Below, piece after piece: positions 60,409 through 64,000 of a stretch of DNA of 64,000 nucleotides. Position numbers and translations under genes: made by a program. The DNA comes from the human T2T-CHM13v2.0 reference genome, Homo sapiens, in assembly GCF_009914755.1 (NCBI RefSeq), contig NC_060939.1, one strand, 5' to 3'. Within the stretch, counting starts at the first letter, position 1. Every line of letters starts with the position of its first letter. The notes beneath the pieces were generated by a model. It saw only the letters and a program-made list of their open reading frames with translations, had not been told where the DNA came from and searched no databases.

Positions 60409-62239
60409 AACAGCAATATCTATAAAATAGAAAAAATATGGTATAAACAGGAATGACATGATTTCATTTTTTACTACTTATACATATCTCAGTGTCTGCT
60501 TTGCATACTTATGCGTTTTAACTACACTTTACATTTTTCTTGTATTTATTTATTTATTTTTGGCATAGAAACAGGGTCTTGCTATGTTAACCAGGCTGGT
60601 CTCAGACTCCTGGCCTAAACTAATCCTCCGAGCTTAGCTTCCCAAAGTGCTGGGATCACAGACATGAGCCACCACACCCAGCCATTAACTATACATTAGT
60701 TTTTTAAAGGTATACAGAACTACACAAATACTATAAATTCGTAATAGGCATTTTAAAAGACTACATGATTAATATTAAAAAGTGATAAAATTGTGTTGAA
60801 GGAGGAATTACGGATTTTCTTTAATTCTATTTTCTAATGTTTGGTAATGATGTTCTAATATTCCAACTACTAAAAATAGATTTTATCCATCTGTATTTTG
60901 TAACTAATAGATTCCAAATGAAAGCAGGTCTGGAAACGACATAATTTTAATAATATTTATATAGTACTTTAAAGTCTTTAGCACTTTTACAAATTATCCC
61001 ACTTAATTCCTAGGAAAAGGGGTAGTAAATTAATACCCCATCAAATCATAGAGAATTCTATGTGTTCTTTTGAAAGCTAAATTCAAAGTTCAAATGTATG
61101 CACACGTGTGTCCTGCCATCATCAATACAAGCAAAAACAGATGGTAAGCAAATTCTGCTCCACAAATCACATATGCAAATTTGCCTAAAATGCAAAGATC
61201 GCATTATTTTCCCCTATTTGTCTTGGAAACAGAAGTTCATAGTTCACATGAAATCAAGAGTGTCAATCATATTTTTGAACTGAATAGCCTAATTCCAACT
61301 TAAGTAAGAAAAAAAAGTGTTAGTATATCTTTAAACTAATCTCTATCTCCACTCCAAATTCACTAAACTTCTATAATCCAGCTACCTAAAGCACTGCTTC
61401 CCAAATAACTAGCCAGAGATTAAAGATCTATGCAAAGTTTTATCCAGTTCCCAAGTATTAGCATGCAAATAAAATAAAATCCCAGACGCTGACACCCATC
61501 CCAACCTATAAGCTTCTATCCAGACTCAAAATCTTAAGACATTTTCAACTTCAACGACTGAGGTCTTCAAAGTTTTATAAAACCACACTCACTCCAATGA
61601 AACAGCCTAATATTTAAATTCAACAGAGTGAGCCCTCTATAAGTTTTGTTACTTTCACGTTAAACATTTGCCCAGTTTTATCAGTTTTTCTTCCATGTCA
61701 TTTCTTGTTCTATCCTTACTTATTTCTACGATCATTCTAATCCAAGACTCAATCACCCAATTTGTCAATCATAACCTAACTCCTCAACAGGGACTCCACC
61801 CAACAGTCCATAATATTCTATCTCATAGTTATCATGGCCTAGAATAATCAGTCCTGATTATCATGGCCCAGTTAGCAATTCTCCTTATTTCCTGACACAG
61901 ACTATCGATTCCAGGCAAGTAAACCTACAAGCATCTTATGTGTCATTCTCTTCCACCTCAGAAAGCCTTCCCCGCTTGCTGATGTCCCTCAAGCTTAACA
62001 AATCCTCATTTCAGGTGCAACTACAATATATAATTGGAAGTATATTTTTATATTTTGGCATTTCATTTACTCCAACAAACTCAGTATTTTTTACTTTTCT
62101 TCTCACTTAATACTGTGGCTTCACGACTCCTAACAGTCATAGACACATAATAAATCCTGGTGACTAAACAGCAATGTTCTCACTGTATACATCTCACATT
62201 GTTTACTTGCAGTAGTACAAGTGGACTGTATGTATGTTA

Positions 62240-62478
62240 ACCAACTTACTATGATTCGTATTTTTCAATCTTATGATGGGTTGTGACATAACCCCACATT
62301 AAGTGGAGGAGAGCTCCTTAAAACTTAAATGGGGTTACAGTTTCTACTGCACGTGTATCACTTTCTCACCATCACAAAGTTGAAAAATCATACACTGAAC
62401 CATCATCTCTGTTGCCAACATTACATACATTTTCGACTTACGATATTTTCAACTTATGATGAGTCAAGGAGCATCTGT
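62240..62478. mobile_element. MER47/Tigger5-like fragments
   Basis: cgacttacgatattttcaacttatgatg...ggagcatctgta terminus. Confidence 0.6.
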
Positions 62479-63577
62479 AGTAGCTTCAAAATGAATTCAC
62501 TCAGCATCAAAGGGAGACTACATTCCCTGAGAAATATTCTCAGCACCGCTATTTCCTGCAAACTAGCTGGGTCAGGCTATCCTAATACTAACGCAAAATC
62601 TTCACATTGCTGGACAGCAACGTCACTGCCCTTACAGGAATCCAAGTGGTAGGGTTATTATAGTTTTTCCACTTGTCCTTAACATTGCTTCCTTTTTCCT
62701 AATATAAAAATCAACAGCTAGACTACTTAGAATTACCACTGCTAGATTTTTGTTCAGAACAAGCAGAGTTTTTAGGGTTGCTTGGAAGAGCATTAACGAT
62801 CATTAATTAAATCAATTACTCCTTTAGAAAACAACAACACAGCCTGGGCAACATAGTGAGACCTCATCTCTACAAAAAAATCAAAAAATTAACCAGGCAT
62901 GGTGGCGTGTGCCTGTGGTCCCAGCTATGGAGAGGCTGAGGTTGGAGAATTGCTTGAGCTGCAGAGGTCAAGGCTGCAGTGAGCTGACATCACACCACTG
63001 TACTTCAACCTGGGCAACAGAAAGAGACCTTGTCTCAAAAACAAACAAAACAACAACAAAAACCTGGGCCTCTTTACCCCAGCATGTCACATAGAGCTGC
63101 CCGTGTAAAAACCAAATGAAATGCAAATCATTCCTACAATTTGGAAGGCCTGCCCCTGTGATTTTGGGCTTCGGTGGCGGGGGGCGGGGGTTCAGATTTG
63201 AAATCACTATGTGTTTTTCTGTCTGCAGCCTTTCCTATCCACAATTTATCTCACATAGGCCTCTCACTGAAACTTTGTGTTGGCAGCAGTGGCCAATGAC
63301 TGCCCTTGCCCACAACCTTCTCCACACAAACTACATTTCTGGTACTCCACATAGACCATATTTTAAGCTAGACCCTTCCAAAACAATGCCCCAACTTTAG
63401 CAAATTTTTTTCTAACCATTATAATGTAATACAATTAAAGACAGACAAGAAATTTAACTTTATACAAATGTAAAAATCACCAAAATGGTAACACAGTTGC
63501 TGTAACACAGCTACTTACTAGAAACCAGCACAGTACCATAAGCCCCTGTCATCTACCTTTCACTGACTTTCCTTTAA

Positions 63578-63886
<309 letters not shown>

Positions 63887-64000
63887 AACACTTTTTCTTA
63901 ATTCACAATTTCTATTCCTGTAGAAAATATTACAGTTGGACATTTTAGAGTATGTTTAATACCAATAATCTAGTATATTAGTATAAAACCAGAGTACTCA

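Overview
Human (or closely related primate) repeat-rich DNA from the ADAM10 gene, which runs on the minus strand. The window holds coding exon 2 (37567-37717), coding exon 3 (2185-2303), all of the ~35 kb intron 2 and about 26 kb of intron 1; exon 1 lies beyond the right edge. The introns contain four recognisable retrocopies: a full-length GNG10 copy with an intact ORF (+), HSP90AB4P (-, Alu-interrupted), a 3'-truncated 7SK copy (-) and a decayed 19q13.43-type C2H2 zinc-finger retrocopy (+). There are also about 50 Alu/FLAM/FAM elements, several old L1M elements, LTRs (MER21, MST, MLT2) and Tigger/hAT DNA transposons. Nearly all other ORFs in the track are Alu/L1 artefacts. I see no evidence of a wholly new biological system. 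The best leads are: the intact GNG10 retro-ORF downstream of a same-strand LTR; a natural D88N (ATP-binding-dead) HSP90 ORF carrying a sense-strand cryptic acceptor and poly(A) signal inside ADAM10; two ~20-25-nt micro-retroinsertions; and two locally templated insertions or duplications. Repeat subfamily names and repeat boundaries were assigned by eye and are approximate.
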